Source: Escherichia coli (GTDB taxonomy: Bacteria; Pseudomonadota; Gammaproteobacteria; Enterobacterales; Enterobacteriaceae). Taken from it: a stretch of 64,000 nucleotides of DNA. A program made the position numbers and the translations under genes. Below, in pieces: positions 31,133 through 44,284 of this stretch (its first letter is position 1; the number at the start of each line of letters is the position of its first letter). The notes beneath the pieces were generated by a model. That model was not told the DNA's origin. It searched no databases and was given only the letters and a program-made list of their open reading frames with translations. The DNA is taken from assembly GCF_046105845.1 (NCBI RefSeq), contig NZ_CP151004.1; one strand, 5' to 3'.

Positions 31133-31947
31133 TGAGCATTAAATTAATTGCGGTAGACATGGATGGTACTTTCTTAAGCGATCAAAAAACCTATAACCGT
31201 GAGCGGTTTATGGCTCAGTATCAGCAAATGAAAGCACAAGGCATTCGCTTTGTGGTCGCCAGCGGGAATCAATATTATCAGTTGATCTCTTTCTTCCCTG
31301 AAATTGCTAATGAAATTGCCTTTGTGGCTGAAAACGGCGGCTGGGTAGTGAGCGAAGGCAAAGATGTTTTTAATGGCGAGCTGTCGAAGGATGCGTTTGC
31401 TACTGTCGTGGAACATTTGCTGACGCGCCCGGAAGTGGAAATTATTGCCTGCGGAAAAAATAGTGCCTATACACTCAAAAAATATGACGATGCCATGAAA
31501 ACGGTGGCGGAAATGTATTATCACCGTCTGGAATACGTCGATAACTTTGACAACTTAGAAGATATCTTCTTTAAGTTTGGCCTGAATCTTTCCGATGAAC
31601 TGATTCCACAAGTACAAAAAGCATTACATGAGGCCATCGGCGATATTATGGTGCCGGTCCACACCGGCAACGGCAGCATCGATCTGATTATCCCCGGCGT
31701 ACATAAAGCCAATGGCCTTCGCCAACTGCAGAAATTATGGGGAATAGACGACAGCGAAGTGGTGGTCTTTGGCGATGGCGGTAACGATATTGAGATGCTG
31801 CGTCAGGCTGGCTTTAGTTTTGCAATGGAAAATGCCGGCAGCGCGGTCGTCGCAGCGGCAAAATACCGGGCAGGCTCCAATAACCGTGAAGGCGTACTGG
31901 ATGTGATCGATAAAGTTCTTAAACACGAAGCGCCATTTAACCAATAA
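31132..31947 (+). CDS. ybjI: HAD-superfamily (Cof-type) sugar/FMN phosphatase YbjI
   Basis: DMDGTF HAD motif I; strong paralogy to ybiV at 57247. Confidence 0.88.
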   Translation: MSIKLIAVDMDGTFLSDQKTYNRERFMAQYQQMKAQGIRFVVASGNQYYQLISFFPEIANEIAFVAENGGWVVSEGKDVFNGELSKDAFATVVEHLLTRPEVEIIACGKNSAYTLKKYDDAMKTVAEMYYHRLEYVDNFDNLEDIFFKFGLNLSDELIPQVQKALHEAIGDIMVPVHTGNGSIDLIIPGVHKANGLRQLQKLWGIDDSEVVVFGDGGNDIEMLRQAGFSFAMENAGSAVVAAAKYRAGSNNREGVLDVIDKVLKHEAPFNQ

Positions 31948-32032
31948 AAACGGCAGCACGCCCGGCAACACAATGCCTGAATGAAGGCTGCATAATTCGC
32001 GGAAATTAACCCGCTGCATTATTTCAGGCGAA

Positions 32033-32317
32033 ATGATTATGAAAAATTGTCTACTGTTGGGCGCGCTTTTAATGGGCTTTACTGGTGTGGCGATGGCGCA
32101 AAATGTCACCGTCGATGTGCCGAGTGGATACAAAGTGGTTGTGGTTCCTGATTCAGTCAGCGTTCCACAAGCGGTCAGCGTCGCGACTGTGCCGCAAACC
32201 GTCTATGTGGCTCCTGCGCCAGCTCCGGCTTACCGCCCGCATCCTTATGTTCGCCATCTTGCCAGCGTAGGTGAAGGGATGGTTATCGAACACCAGATTG
32301 ACGACCATCACCATTAA
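32033..32317 (+). CDS. ybjH: Secreted small protein YbjH
   Basis: 94 aa with signal peptide. Confidence 0.7.
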   Translation: MIMKNCLLLGALLMGFTGVAMAQNVTVDVPSGYKVVVVPDSVSVPQAVSVATVPQTVYVAPAPAPAYRPHPYVRHLASVGEGMVIEHQIDDHHH

Positions 32318-32325
32318 TTCGAGAA

Positions 32326-32359
32326 AGCCTGATCGCACAAAGCAATCAGGCATTTTTTT
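32326..32359. terminator. Bidirectional terminator between ybjH and mdfA
   Basis: gcctgatcgc...gcaatcaggc hairpin followed by ttttttt. Confidence 0.7.
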
Positions 32360-33590
32360 ACCCTTCGTGCGAATTTCCCATCTGTTTATCTTTTAAAAAG
32401 ATAACCATCAGCAACAGCCACAAAATTCCGTTGACAAGGTTGAAGAGATTAAACAGTCCGTTGCCCCCGTTCAGCCAGGCATGTTTGCTGATTTCAATAC
32501 CGACGGTAAAGATCAGCATTTGCAGCATTCCCATCGCCGCAGAAACCGTACCTTTACTCATATCGCTGGCAAACAGGGTTAATCGCACCAGTCCCGCATT
32601 CGCCAGACCAATGCCGAAAGCATAAATACTTAACCCGGCGGTCATCCATAAATACGCGTGCGATGAGATAACCGTTGCCGCAGCAGCGACCAACAGACCA
32701 ATCATAATCGGCCAGCCGCCCATAATAATCAGCGAACGTACGGTGCGACGCGAGGTCAGACGCGCTAACAGCAAGTTACCCGCAATTAACGCCCCGAAAA
32801 TAGGCACTTGCAGCAAGCCATATTCATAGCTGCTCAACTGCTCACCGGTAATGATGATAATCGGCGACTGGGCGATCCACGCCAGCAATGGCAGGCTAAC
32901 GAATCCCAGCGCCAGCGCCCCCGCCACAAAGCGACCGTTCTTCAGCACCAGCTTATAGTCACGACCGAGTTCTTTCAGCGACAGTTTCTCGCCTATACGC
33001 GTGGCGGTTTCAGGCATGGCTCGTTGCAGACCGAAAAAGGAGATCGCTGCCAATGCGGCAAACAAGACAAACATCCCTTCCCAGGGCAGCACATGGATCC
33101 ACGCCGCGCCCACCAGCGGACCAAGTAGCGGAGCAATCAGCGCCACGTTCGCCATTAGCGCGGTGATCTTGATACAAACCGCCTCTTCGAAGGATTCCTG
33201 AATTGCGGCGTATCCCACAGCGCCAATGAAACAGAGGCTTATGCCCTGCAAGAAGCGCAACAGGGTGAATTGTTCAATGTTTTGCGCCAGTAATATTGCC
33301 AGACAGGTGACGATAAACCACACCACTCCCGCCAGCATCACCGGACGGCGGCCAATACGATCCGACAGCGGCCCCAGGAGCCATTGTAAAAACATCCCGC
33401 CCGCCAGATACGCAGTCATCGAAGTAGGAACCCAATCAATGCCCGCCTGATATTGTTCCACCACGGCCAACATACCGGGTTGAATCATATCGTTGCCGAT
33501 ATAGGTTGAAAATTCGTAAAGCACCAGACAGAGAGGGAAAAGTAACGCCTGACGTCCAAGCCTGGCACCGGAAACTAATTTATTTTGCAT
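32358..33590 (-). CDS. mdfA: Multidrug efflux MFS transporter MdfA (Cmr)
   Basis: Start trimmed to [20 protein letters not shown]; 410 aa. Confidence 0.92.
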   Translation of the reverse strand: MQNKLVSGARLGRQALLFPLCLVLYEFSTYIGNDMIQPGMLAVVEQYQAGIDWVPTSMTAYLAGGMFLQWLLGPLSDRIGRRPVMLAGVVWFIVTCLAILLAQNIEQFTLLRFLQGISLCFIGAVGYAAIQESFEEAVCIKITALMANVALIAPLLGPLVGAAWIHVLPWEGMFVLFAALAAISFFGLQRAMPETATRIGEKLSLKELGRDYKLVLKNGRFVAGALALGFVSLPLLAWIAQSPIIIITGEQLSSYEYGLLQVPIFGALIAGNLLLARLTSRRTVRSLIIMGGWPIMIGLLVAAAATVISSHAYLWMTAGLSIYAFGIGLANAGLVRLTLFASDMSKGTVSAAMGMLQMLIFTVGIEISKHAWLNGGNGLFNLFNLVNGILWLLLMVIFLKDKQMGNSHEG

Positions 33591-33874
33591 GCAATTTCTT
33601 CGCCAATAATAATCGCGCAAAGTTTAATAAAAGCGCAGCTAACGAGAAAGCGAATTTTGTAGCTGAAACCACGGTTAAGCACATTCTTACATTATTGCGA
33701 GTATAGCTACGCTTTCTTTAAGTTTTATTTAACCTATGCCCGTTACAATCACCCACCGTAAACAGGCCGCTTGAGGGAAATAAGACGATGCCGCTTTACC
33801 CAGTTTAACCTGCACTTTATTCTCAACGACTTGCCTGTATTGGCTCCCTTTTAATCACTTTGCGTCGGGAAGTT

Positions 33875-34471
33875 ATGCTGGAAAATTTGAATCTCTCTCT
33901 ATTCTCTCTTATTAACGCGACGCCAGACTCGGCTCCGTGGATGATCTCGTTGGCGATTTTTATTGCTAAAGATTTGATTACCGTGGTGCCGTTGCTGGCC
34001 GCGGTACTTTGGCTGTGGGGGCTTACAGCACAACGGCAACTGGTGATAAAAATCGCTATCGCGCTGGCGGTCAGCCTGTTTGTGTCCTGGTCGATGGGGC
34101 ATCTTTTTCCGCACGACCGACCCTTTGTCGAAAATATCGGCTATAACTTCCTGCATCATGCGGCGGATGACTCATTCCCGAGCGATCACGGTACGGTGAT
34201 TTTCACCTTTGCACTGGCATTTTTATGCTGGCATCGCCTGTGGTCCGGCTCACTTTTAATGGTGCTGGCCGTCGTCATTGCCTGGTCGCGCGTTTATCTT
34301 GGCGTCCACTGGCCGCTGGATATGCTCGGTGGATTGCTGGCAGGTATGATTGGCTGCCTTAGCGCCCAGATTATCTGGCAAGCGATGGGGCATAAACTCT
34401 ATCAACGTCTGCAATCGTGGTATCGTTTCTGTTTTGCATTACCGATCCGCAAAGGCTGGGTGCGTGACTGA
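33875..34471 (+). CDS. ybjG: Undecaprenyl-diphosphate phosphatase (PAP2 family)
   Basis: PAP2 motifs (PSDH...SRVYLGVHW); start trimmed to MLENLNL. Confidence 0.88.
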   Translation: MLENLNLSLFSLINATPDSAPWMISLAIFIAKDLITVVPLLAAVLWLWGLTAQRQLVIKIAIALAVSLFVSWSMGHLFPHDRPFVENIGYNFLHHAADDSFPSDHGTVIFTFALAFLCWHRLWSGSLLMVLAVVIAWSRVYLGVHWPLDMLGGLLAGMIGCLSAQIIWQAMGHKLYQRLQSWYRFCFALPIRKGWVRD

Positions 34472-34528
34472 TCTCTGCTAAAAAGTGTAGTATTGAGCGG
34501 CTCGCTTCAATAACTATTCAGAGGGATT

Positions 34529-35287
34529 ATGGAAACACGTCGCGAAGAGCGTATCGGGCAGCTGCTGCAAGAATTAAAACGCAGCGATAAGTTACATCTT
34601 AAAGACGCCGCCGCCCTGCTTGGGGTTTCGGAGATGACGATTCGTCGCGATCTGAACAACCACAGTGCGCCCGTCGTTTTGCTCGGCGGCTATATTGTTC
34701 TGGAACCGCGCAGCGCCAGCCATTACCTGTTAAGCGATCAAAAATCCCGCCTGGTGGAAGAAAAACGCCGGGCGGCAAAACTGGCTGCGACGCTGGTAGA
34801 ACCCGATCAGACCCTCTTTTTTGACTGTGGCACCACCACACCGTGGATTATTGAAGCGATTGATAACGAAATCCCTTTCACCGCCGTTTGTTATTCGCTA
34901 AATACCTTTCTGGCACTGAAAGAGAAACCCCATTGCCGCGCGTTTCTGTGTGGTGGTGAATTTCACGCCAGCAACGCCATTTTCAAACCCATCGATTTTC
35001 AGCAAACGCTGAATAATTTTTGCCCGGATATCGCTTTTTATTCCGCGGCGGGGGTGCATGTCAGTAAAGGCGCTACCTGTTTTAATCTTGAAGAGTTGCC
35101 GGTAAAACACTGGGCCATGTCGATGGCGCAAAAGCATGTGCTGGTTGTCGACCACAGTAAATTTGGCAAGGTGCGTCCGGCACGCATGGGTGACCTGAAA
35201 CGCTTTGATATTGTGGTGAGCGATTGTTGCCCGGAAGATGAGTATGTGAAGTACGCGCAGACGCAGCGTATTAAGTTGATGTATTAA
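34529..35287 (+). CDS. deoR: Deoxyribose operon repressor
   Basis: 252 aa; N-terminal HTH (DeoR family). Confidence 0.9.
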   Translation: METRREERIGQLLQELKRSDKLHLKDAAALLGVSEMTIRRDLNNHSAPVVLLGGYIVLEPRSASHYLLSDQKSRLVEEKRRAAKLAATLVEPDQTLFFDCGTTTPWIIEAIDNEIPFTAVCYSLNTFLALKEKPHCRAFLCGGEFHASNAIFKPIDFQQTLNNFCPDIAFYSAAGVHVSKGATCFNLEELPVKHWAMSMAQKHVLVVDHSKFGKVRPARMGDLKRFDIVVSDCCPEDEYVKYAQTQRIKLMY

Positions 35288-35333
35288 TGACGTATTACCG
35301 GATGACGTTTCGCGCCATCCGGTTATCAGAAGA

Positions 35334-36536
35334 TTAAGAGAACCAGCTGCCGAACCACTGATGGAATTTCATCATAACGAAATCCCACATCCGCCCAAAG
35401 AATCCGCCCTCTTCCACATTTTCCATCACGATCAGCGGACGCTGCTCAATGGATTTACCGTTAAGCTGGAAATCAATGGTCCCGACAACCTGACCTTTTT
35501 TCAGCGGTGCGGTAAGCTGCGGTTCCGTTAACGTGTAGCTCGCTTTCAGGTTTTTCAGCTGCCCACGCGGTATGGTCACTGAGCCCGCTTCGCCTGCCCC
35601 GAGATTCACTTCGCTCTTATCACCAAACCAGACGCGCTGAGTCACAAAGGTGGCATCAGGTTTAATTGGCGTCACGGTTTCAAAGAAGCGGAAACCCCAG
35701 GTCAATAATTTCTCAGACTCATTAAAACGGATACGGTCAGTTTTCGCCCCCAGCACTACGGAGATTAAACGCATATCACCCTGGGTAGCCGAAGCAACCA
35801 GATTATATCCCGCGCCTGCCGTGGTTCCTGTCTTCATGCCATCAACATTCAGATTGCTGCTCCACAGCAGACGGTTACGGTTAGGCTGTCGAATTTTGTT
35901 GAAGGTGAACTCTTTCTCTTTATGAATGGCGTACTCTTCCGGCACATCGTGGATTAATGCTTTACCCAGCAATGCCATATCGCGCGCGGTACTGAACTGC
36001 CCCGGCGCATCCAGACCGTGCACCGTCTGGAAGGTAGTGTTGGTCAGACCCAGTTTTTTGGCATAACCATTCATCAGACCAATAAATGACTCCTGGCTCC
36101 CGGCAACGTAATCGGCCAGCGCAATACAGGCGTCATTACCGGACTGGATAATCACACCTTTGTTCAGGTCTGCCACCGAAACCTGATCGCCCGGTTTAAG
36201 GAACATTACCGATGAACCACGCAGTGCCGGATTTCCCGTCGCCCAGGCATCTTTACCGACCGTCACCATATCGGTGAGTTTAATCTTATCGGCCTTAAGC
36301 GCCTGCCCAACCACATAGCTGGTCATGATTTTAGTCAGGCTCGCGGGGTCCAGTTTTTCATCCGCATTGCCTTCTGCCAGCACTTTACCGCTGGCGTAAT
36401 CCATTAAAATCCATGCACGCGCATCCACGCTCGGCGCTTCAACGGTTTGTTCCGCCGCGAATGCCGTTGGGGCAAAAAGGAATAAAAATGCAGAACCCGC
36501 TGCAAGACCACGAAGGAGAGAGGAGTATTGCGTCAT
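35334..36536 (-). CDS. dacC: D-alanyl-D-alanine carboxypeptidase PBP6
   Basis: SxxK active-site motif (SLTK), SGN motif; start trimmed to [14 protein letters not shown]. Confidence 0.92.
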   Translation of the reverse strand: MTQYSSLLRGLAAGSAFLFLFAPTAFAAEQTVEAPSVDARAWILMDYASGKVLAEGNADEKLDPASLTKIMTSYVVGQALKADKIKLTDMVTVGKDAWATGNPALRGSSVMFLKPGDQVSVADLNKGVIIQSGNDACIALADYVAGSQESFIGLMNGYAKKLGLTNTTFQTVHGLDAPGQFSTARDMALLGKALIHDVPEEYAIHKEKEFTFNKIRQPNRNRLLWSSNLNVDGMKTGTTAGAGYNLVASATQGDMRLISVVLGAKTDRIRFNESEKLLTWGFRFFETVTPIKPDATFVTQRVWFGDKSEVNLGAGEAGSVTIPRGQLKNLKASYTLTEPQLTAPLKKGQVVGTIDFQLNGKSIEQRPLIVMENVEEGGFFGRMWDFVMMKFHQWFGSWFS

Positions 36537-36782
36537 AAATGCCACCCGAGTATCCATTCAAAAAAAATACGTTATATCGCCGTATGATAAGTTCGGTGAT
36601 TAATAACGCACACACAAACTTAAAGAAACCGTAAGTTGGTAAAGTTTTTAAAGTTTATGCAATATCCTGCCGCTTCGCTGCTTCTGGTGTCATTTTTTTG
36701 CCAGCTGTTGCTTAAAAGTTAACTTTACTTCACCATCGGAGTCCTGTTCAGCCTGTGGCTGCCTGTCGGAAAAGGGGTGAGT

Positions 36783-37409
36783 ATGATTACGCTGTGGGGT
36801 CGGAATAATTCAACCAACGTAAAAAAAGTATTGCTGACGCTCGAAGAACTGGAACTACCTTATGAGCAAATTCTCGCGGGCCGTGAGTTTGGGATAAATC
36901 ACGATGCTGATTTTCTGGCGATGAACCCTAACGGGCTGGTGCCGTTGTTGCGTGACGACGAAAGTGATCTCATTCTTTGGGAATCAAACGCCATTGTCCG
37001 CTATCTGGCGGCACAGTACGGGCAAAAACGCCTGTGGATCGACTCACCGGCACGTCGTGCGGAAGCAGAAAAATGGATGGACTGGGCAAACCAGACGCTC
37101 AGTAATGCTCATCGCGGGATCCTGATGGGATTAGTCAGAACACCACCGGAAGAGCGCGATCAGGCCGCCATTGATGCCAGTTGTAAAGAGTGCGACGCCC
37201 TGTTTGCCCTGCTCGATGCGGAACTGGCAAAAGTAAAATGGTTCTCTGGCGACGAGTTTGGTGTGGGCGATATCGCTATCGCTCCGTTCATCTACAATTT
37301 GTTTAACGTTGGCCTGACCTGGACACCGCGTCCAAATCTGCAACGCTGGTATCAGCAACTCACTGAACGCCCCGCAGTGCGCAAAGTGGTGATGATTCCC
37401 GTTAGCTAA
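36783..37409 (+). CDS. gstB: Glutathione S-transferase GstB (YliJ)
   Basis: GST fold; 208 aa. Confidence 0.88.
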
Positions 37410-38521
37410 TTGCGTGGGCTAACTTTAAGTAATTCCCCACTGGACTCGTCGGTGAGAACGTATAAATAACCGTCGGGTCCAGTGCGAACATCACGAATTC
37501 GCTGCCCTCTGTCCGTTAAAATACGGCCATCTTCTGTCACTTCGTCGCCGTTGACGCTCATCACAATGACATCTTTATCTTTCAGCGCGCCAATAAATAA
37601 TTTTTGCTGCCACTGGGGGAATTTATCGCTGTTATAGAAGGCCATACCGCTCACGGCGGGCGAATCTTTCCAGTAAAAAACAGGTTGCTCGGTCCCGGCG
37701 ACGATCTCCCCTTTCGCTTCCGGTATCTTAAAGCCTGAATAGTTGATTCCCCAGGTTGCCAGCGGCCAGCCGTAGTTTTTGCCTTTTTGCGGGATATTAA
37801 TTTCATCGCCACCGCGCGGGCCATGTTCATTCAGCCATAGTGCATTACTCCACGGATTCATCGCCATTCCTTGCGGATTACGAATGCCATAAGACCAGAT
37901 CTCGGCGCGCGCACCGGATTCCTTTATAAAAGGATTATCATCCGGGATTTCGCCCTGGTCGGTCAGACGCACCAGTTTGCCCTGTAATTTATCCAGATCC
38001 TGCGCCGTCGGGCGCTGATTGTTTTCGCCCAGAGCAATAAAAAGATAACCTTTACCGTCGAATACCAGCCGCCCGCCAAAATGGTTGCCGGTAGACAGTT
38101 TTGGCATCTGGCGAAAGACGGTGCGGAAGTCGGTCACTTTTGAGAGATCATCACTTAAGCGGCCATAACCCACAGCAGTTCCGGCTTTGCCATCATCGCC
38201 AACTTCGGAATAACTTAACCAGATGCGGCTCGACTGAGCAAAATCAGGCGCTAAAACCACGTCCAGCAGACCGCCCTGCCCGTGCGCCCAAACGTCCGGC
38301 ACTCCGGAAAGCGGCGCAGATAATCCTTTTCCTGCTTGCCAGTGACGCAACTCGCCGCCGCGCAGAGTGATTAACATACCGTGATTATCGGGTAAAAAGG
38401 CCAGCGCCCAGGGATGGTCGAGTTTGTCTTGCAGTACTTCGACATTTACCGTTGCAGGAGCCGCCCAGAGAGCGGAAGAAAGACAAATAAGGGGCACAGA
38501 GAAAAAGAATTGTCGATGCAT
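37406..38521 (-). CDS. yliI: Soluble aldose sugar dehydrogenase YliI (PQQ-dependent beta-propeller)
   Basis: 371 aa with signal peptide. Confidence 0.88.
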
Positions 38522-38631
38522 AACGCCTCCGGATTGACTCTGGCTTAAAGCGTAGTCAGTGGAGGAGATAACAAATTCATTTTTACAAAAACTTAAACAT
38601 GAAGGGGGAGACGCTTTCTCCCCCTTAGTTT

Positions 38632-39015
38632 TCAGGCCTTCTCAAGCATGGTGTGCTTCTGCAGGCTCTGGATACTCAGCGTTAAGCTCATCAGACAATT
38701 TTCAAGCTTATCGGCGTTGACGGTAATAACAGTCGGGCAATCATGGTGCCCACTCATCAAACATACTGCGGCTGTCGCTAATGCTTCTTCAGCATGATGA
38801 AGAGCACTCCACTCTTCCTGATCCAGATGAAGATTCAACCGCAGCGATTTATCGTGCAGTTCGCGATTCAGTTTAAAAAAGTTATCTCGTAGATGATTGC
38901 TTTCGCTGACGGACATGTATCCTTTTGCCTTCCTCAGTTGCACGTATGCGGCGAGGTCAACGCGTGCGTCGATCAACCGGTTCAGCAGATCGATTCGCTG
39001 TCTGTCAACGAACAT
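38632..39015 (-). CDS. bssR: Biofilm regulator BssR
   Basis: Start trimmed to MFVDRQRIDLLNRL; 127 aa. Confidence 0.85.
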   Translation of the reverse strand: MFVDRQRIDLLNRLIDARVDLAAYVQLRKAKGYMSVSESNHLRDNFFKLNRELHDKSLRLNLHLDQEEWSALHHAEEALATAAVCLMSGHHDCPTVITVNADKLENCLMSLTLSIQSLQKHTMLEKA

Positions 39016-39227
39016 ACTTCGATCCTCCTCTTTCCAGCCTTGTTGCAATTAAATAGTATGGCTATTTTTTGAGCAAAATGCTGTCCAGGATCAATTCTTC
39101 ACGCCGAATTAACAAAATTTACATTTCCTTCGCCTCCGCCAGCGAATGAGATTGCGATACAAATTTTATCCAGAACTCTGTAGAATCCCTGCCCTGACCT
39201 TTCCTGTAACTGAATATTTTTTAAGCT

Positions 39228-40553
39228 ATGAGCAAAGTAACTCCCCAGCCGAAAATCGGCTTTGTTTCCCTTGGCTGCCCGAAAAACCTTGTCGATTCAG
39301 AGCGTATTCTCACCGAACTACGCACTGAAGGTTATGACGTGGTACCGAGCTATGACGATGCGGACATGGTGATCGTCAACACCTGCGGCTTTATTGACAG
39401 CGCGGTACAAGAATCACTGGAAGCCATTGGTGAAGCGTTGAATGAAAACGGCAAGGTAATTGTGACCGGTTGTCTGGGGGCAAAAGAAGATCAGATCCGC
39501 GAAATCCACCCGAAAGTGCTGGAAATCACCGGGCCTCATAGCTATGAGCAGGTTCTGGAGCACGTTCATCACTACGTGCCAAAACCGAAACACAACCCAT
39601 TCCTGAGCCTGGTGCCAGAACAAGGCGTGAAACTGACGCCGCGTCATTATGCCTATCTGAAAATTTCTGAAGGTTGTAATCACCGCTGCACCTTCTGCAT
39701 TATTCCGTCTATGCGCGGCGACCTGGTGAGCCGTCCGATTGGCGAAGTGTTAAGTGAAGCGAAACGTCTGGTTGATGCGGGCGTTAAAGAGATTCTGGTG
39801 ATCTCGCAGGATACTTCCGCCTATGGCGTCGATGTTAAACATCGTACTGGCTTCCACAACGGCGAGCCGGTAAAAACCAGCATGGTCAGCCTGTGCGAAC
39901 AGTTATCGAAACTGGGGATCTGGACACGTCTGCACTACGTTTACCCTTATCCGCATGTGGACGACGTCATCCCACTGATGGCAGAAGGCAAAATCCTGCC
40001 CTATCTGGACATTCCGTTGCAGCACGCCAGCCCGCGCATTCTCAAACTGATGAAGCGTCCGGGTTCTGTAGATCGCCAACTCGCGCGCATCAAACAGTGG
40101 CGCGAAATCTGCCCGGAACTGACCCTACGCTCAACCTTTATTGTCGGCTTCCCTGGCGAGACAGAAGAAGATTTCCAGATGCTACTCGACTTCCTGAAAG
40201 AAGCGCGTCTGGATCGCGTTGGCTGCTTTAAATACAGCCCGGTTGAAGGTGCAGACGCCAATGCCCTGCCTGACCAGGTTCCGGAAGAAGTGAAAGAAGA
40301 ACGCTGGAACCGTTTCATGCAGCTGCAGCAGCAGATTTCCGCCGAGCGCCTGCAAGCGAAAGTGGGCCGTGAAATTCTGGTGATTATCGACGAAGTGGAC
40401 GAAGAAGGCGCGATTGGTCGCAGCATGGCAGATGCACCGGAAATCGACGGTGCGGTTTATCTCAATGGTGAAACCAACGTTAAGCCGGGTGATATCCTGC
40501 GTGTGAAAGTCGAGCACGCCGATGAGTACGATTTGTGGGGTAGCCGGGTTTAA
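39228..40553 (+). CDS. rimO: Ribosomal protein S12 methylthiotransferase (radical SAM)
   Basis: CxxxCxxC radical-SAM motif (CNHRCTFC), TRAM domain; 441 aa. Confidence 0.93.
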   Translation: MSKVTPQPKIGFVSLGCPKNLVDSERILTELRTEGYDVVPSYDDADMVIVNTCGFIDSAVQESLEAIGEALNENGKVIVTGCLGAKEDQIREIHPKVLEITGPHSYEQVLEHVHHYVPKPKHNPFLSLVPEQGVKLTPRHYAYLKISEGCNHRCTFCIIPSMRGDLVSRPIGEVLSEAKRLVDAGVKEILVISQDTSAYGVDVKHRTGFHNGEPVKTSMVSLCEQLSKLGIWTRLHYVYPYPHVDDVIPLMAEGKILPYLDIPLQHASPRILKLMKRPGSVDRQLARIKQWREICPELTLRSTFIVGFPGETEEDFQMLLDFLKEARLDRVGCFKYSPVEGADANALPDQVPEEVKEERWNRFMQLQQQISAERLQAKVGREILVIIDEVDEEGAIGRSMADAPEIDGAVYLNGETNVKPGDILRVKVEHADEYDLWGSRV

Positions 40554-40599
40554 TTAATTCAGGCCGGGCAAAATCATTTGTCCGGCCTGCGAATAATGA

Positions 40600-41928
40600 T
40601 TACTGCCAGCTAATCTGCGCCCTGCCGTTTTTCTTACTCTTATACAGTCGCTCATCCGCCAGCATTTTCAAGCGTTCGACGGTAGTACATTCATTTGAAT
40701 GCGCTACACCGATACTGGTGCTTAAATTAATGCTTCCCACCTGGAAATGAACAATTTCTTTTAGAATCGATAGCAACTCTTCCAGCGTTCCACCCGTATA
40801 AATCACCGCAAATTCGTCACCGCCGAAGCGGTAGACTTTACCTTTATCTACCGGGATCTGTGATTTAAGGATTTTCACCACTTTCATCAACACTTCATCG
40901 CCCAGCAAATGACCGAAGGTGTCGTTAATGTTTTTGAATTTATCGACGTCAAACAGGCACAAATAACCGCCTTTTTCCGGCAGCGCTTTTAAATCTTCGT
41001 CAAAGGATTTTCTGCCCATTGCTTTGGTCAGGTCATCCAGGAACGCCGAGTTATACAGACTGTAGAGTTTTTTGACATCGGCAGCCGAAAAGAAAAGCCC
41101 GCCATCCAGTACGCGTTCAAAATGGTTATTAATGATGGCTTCTTTCTCCACAATACCACGATTAATCACTCTGCGTACCAGATAGAGGCAACTGACACCC
41201 GAAATCACTGCCACCAATGCGGCAAAGAAAATAATCAATGTACAGACCCGCAAATAAACATCTTTTTTATACGCAAATACGTACAATCCGGTCGGCAAAT
41301 AGGCGAAGTGCTCCATCGCTTCCGAAACGGTGAAGATGGCGTTTTTAGCATTAAATTCATCACCGGTCACCGGTTTACCGTTCTTAAACAGAGAGAACAT
41401 CAGGTTCTCGCTATCCATCGCCAGCGATTTTGACAGTAAAGAAAAACGCTCCAGACCAAGCAAAAATATCAGACTACGATTATGAGTTACCGGATAGAGG
41501 TAATAGACGAAGGTTTTACCGTCAAAAGAGATAAACCCTGTATTTTTGACATGTCGATACTTCACAATCTGCATAATATCTGCACAATAATTTTTCTCGA
41601 ACTCCTTTACCTGAATACATTCGTCACTGGAAATCAGATAAGGACCGACATCGTACAAATAAGAGGGTGAAACCGAGTCGGCGTAAGCTGTGCGTAAGCC
41701 AACCAACAGCTGTTCCTCCGTGGGATTTAGCGTGTTGATAAGATCAATTGCCACGCTACGCCGATATTCAGCAATATTTGCCACCGCAAAAGCAGTATCA
41801 ATAACGGACTGTTTCAGGCCATACACCCGTTCCTTTACCATTTGAGTGTAGATCCCGCAGGCAACTGCTGAAATCATGATAAAAATCAGCAGACTGACTG
41901 TAAGTACGAACTTATTGATTCTGGACAT
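40600..41928 (-). CDS. dgcI: Diguanylate cyclase DgcI (YliF), membrane-anchored GGDEF protein
   Basis: Intact GGDEF motif (RFGGDEFAV); N-terminal TM/periplasmic region; AT-rich. Confidence 0.9.
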   Translation of the reverse strand: MSRINKFVLTVSLLIFIMISAVACGIYTQMVKERVYGLKQSVIDTAFAVANIAEYRRSVAIDLINTLNPTEEQLLVGLRTAYADSVSPSYLYDVGPYLISSDECIQVKEFEKNYCADIMQIVKYRHVKNTGFISFDGKTFVYYLYPVTHNRSLIFLLGLERFSLLSKSLAMDSENLMFSLFKNGKPVTGDEFNAKNAIFTVSEAMEHFAYLPTGLYVFAYKKDVYLRVCTLIIFFAALVAVISGVSCLYLVRRVINRGIVEKEAIINNHFERVLDGGLFFSAADVKKLYSLYNSAFLDDLTKAMGRKSFDEDLKALPEKGGYLCLFDVDKFKNINDTFGHLLGDEVLMKVVKILKSQIPVDKGKVYRFGGDEFAVIYTGGTLEELLSILKEIVHFQVGSINLSTSIGVAHSNECTTVERLKMLADERLYKSKKNGRAQISWQ

Positions 41929-41935
41929 ACGTAAA

Positions 41936-44284
41936 CTACTCTTTTACTAATTTTCCACTTTTATCCCAGGCGGAGAACGGCATGGGTTTCTGGTACAGAT
42001 ACCCCTGAGCCTGAACACATCCTAATTTGATTAATTCGCGCGCAACGTCTTCGCTCTCTACGCCTTCCGCAATCACCGGGATCCGGTTATAGCGTGCCAG
42101 ATCGAAAATAATGCGCACAATTTTTCCCGCAGTACCGAAAATATCGCCGGTAAATTGTGAGTCCACCTTTATGCTATCTGGATTAATTTCATAAAAACGT
42201 TTCAGGTTTGACAAACCGGTGCCAAAGTCATCAATCGATATCCGTACCCCTTGTTTACGCAGTTGTTCAATATTGAGATAAAAATGTTCATTAATTCGCT
42301 CGATCACGGTTTCAGTGATCTCAACACAGAGGCTGTTCGCCTTCAGGCCATTTTCTTCCATGATGGTGGTAAAACGCTCATGAAAGTGTGGTTCGTTTAA
42401 CTCCCAGGGCGAAACATTAATATGCAGTAAGAAATCATCCTTCAGCGACGCACGCTGACTAAAATGTCTGAATTCACCCATTGCCGTTTTAATAATCTGA
42501 TAACCCAGCTCATTGATAAACCCGATATCTTCAGCAATGGTAATGAACTTTAGCGGTGAAATGATCCCCCGCTCCGCAGACACCCAACGGCACAACGCCT
42601 CCGCGCCCAGAATGGTGCGGGTGTTAATATCAACGATCGGTTGATAGACGAGGAATAGTTCGCCAATTTCCATTGCATGGCGAATATTACGCGCAATCCA
42701 GATATTCTCTTCTATTTCGTTGAGTTTCGCGTCATCACAGAAAATAAACTCGGAGAACATATGGTCACGGATACTGGAAATCGCCAGTTTCAGTTTTTCT
42801 GCGTAACTCCAGGCGTTTTCCCCCTGCAAAGGTTCACAAATGGCAGACTTATGGATGCGCAGATTGCGGTAGCCAAAGCTGCTGTCAAAATCGTTTATCA
42901 TCGCTATTTTACGGGTAAATGTCTGTACATTTTCCCGGCACAGAAGTAAATAGAGATCGGCATTGAATGTCACGATATCGCAGCATTGCGCATATTTCTC
43001 GGCAATTCGCTGACACAATTTCCTGACGATTTTATTGCGTTCATCAACACCAAACACCGCTTCCACGGCTTCCAGACCACACAGTTTGATGATCCCCACA
43101 GCCAGATACTGATTATTGTTAGACTCAATAATCGCCATATTTTTAATAAAACCGCTTTCCTGATCGTAAGAGATCAGTGAGAGCAATTTATTTGACCGTT
43201 CAATTTCGGCATCTTTCATTTCCGCGATCGAATTTTTGATGCTGATAATCTCTTTCGCATCGCCTTCGCGAATTTTCAGAGCCTCGATCTGATCCGTTGA
43301 GTCGGGCAAAAACGCCAGCGTATTAACCAGCTCGGTCATTTCAGAAAATTGCCGACGGAACACACGAGTGGTCATTAAATAAACCACCAGCAATACGATA
43401 ATAATGAAAGCAAACGGCAGATAAAAAAGTTTATCTGATGCGTTCAATAAATTACCACCAGGATAATAAAAATAGATTTCGAATAATGCGTTGTTTGGCA
43501 CCGCTGAAGTTTTTTCGATATATTCAGTATCGACAGAATCAATAATATTATAATTACCTTCGCTATTATAAATAATTAGTTTTTCACGAGCGAGTTGATT
43601 CTTGGCAATGATCTCATGGCCTTGTTTCAAAAATAGAACTTCATCATTAGCGCTGATTTGATCAAGATACTCGTTCAGATATCGCCAGTTTAAATCGACA
43701 TGTATTTTATCCACCGCTAACAAATCGTGATCTTTGCCGTTGATGCGTAGCGTAAAAGAGATACATTTTTTACCCGGACGATCAAAGCAATTGTAGGCCG
43801 GATTCCAGCTGTTGTTAGAGTCATCTGAAGCCACCGACCATGGTCGTTTCGATGGATTAAAATCGGCAAAAATAACCCGCCCTGACTCGTCGACAAGCGG
43901 TCCATTTACTTCTTCCTGATGATAAACAACGATTTTATCATTCGCCCTCCGCGAAAAGAGATAATATTTATTATCATCAAGTACCAGTCCCACCGAGTCT
44001 AAAAATGGCATCATTTCCATTTTAAGGATCACAGCGCGTTGAATCTCCTCTGTATTTTTTAATAAATACAGTGAGTCCTTTAATGTCAGGGCCGAACGTT
44101 CAATATCTTTAAAGAAATAGCCAACGTTTTTCTGAATAAGTTCAAAGCGGCTATCGGCACGTTTTACCGCGCGTTCCAATACCAGTTGATAGTTAATGAT
44201 GAAAAAAAGGCCAATAAATGACAGTGCTGCCAATAAAAATAAAATTATCAGCCTTATCTTTATCTTTTCGTATAAACTCAGCAT
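41936..44284 (-). CDS. pdeI: c-di-GMP phosphodiesterase PdeI (YliE), membrane EAL protein
   Basis: EAL motif (GAEALCRW); start chosen at MLSLYEK to give about 782 aa (ORF track extends to 44362); AT-rich. Confidence 0.85.
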   Translation of the reverse strand: MLSLYEKIKIRLIILFLLAALSFIGLFFIINYQLVLERAVKRADSRFELIQKNVGYFFKDIERSALTLKDSLYLLKNTEEIQRAVILKMEMMPFLDSVGLVLDDNKYYLFSRRANDKIVVYHQEEVNGPLVDESGRVIFADFNPSKRPWSVASDDSNNSWNPAYNCFDRPGKKCISFTLRINGKDHDLLAVDKIHVDLNWRYLNEYLDQISANDEVLFLKQGHEIIAKNQLAREKLIIYNSEGNYNIIDSVDTEYIEKTSAVPNNALFEIYFYYPGGNLLNASDKLFYLPFAFIIIVLLVVYLMTTRVFRRQFSEMTELVNTLAFLPDSTDQIEALKIREGDAKEIISIKNSIAEMKDAEIERSNKLLSLISYDQESGFIKNMAIIESNNNQYLAVGIIKLCGLEAVEAVFGVDERNKIVRKLCQRIAEKYAQCCDIVTFNADLYLLLCRENVQTFTRKIAMINDFDSSFGYRNLRIHKSAICEPLQGENAWSYAEKLKLAISSIRDHMFSEFIFCDDAKLNEIEENIWIARNIRHAMEIGELFLVYQPIVDINTRTILGAEALCRWVSAERGIISPLKFITIAEDIGFINELGYQIIKTAMGEFRHFSQRASLKDDFLLHINVSPWELNEPHFHERFTTIMEENGLKANSLCVEITETVIERINEHFYLNIEQLRKQGVRISIDDFGTGLSNLKRFYEINPDSIKVDSQFTGDIFGTAGKIVRIIFDLARYNRIPVIAEGVESEDVARELIKLGCVQAQGYLYQKPMPFSAWDKSGKLVKE

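Noticed and set aside
40561-40590. Hairpin between rimO and dgcI as a Rho-independent terminator
   Set aside because: Inverted repeat is present (ggccgggcaaa...tttgtccggcc) but neither strand has a following U-tract; left uncalled.
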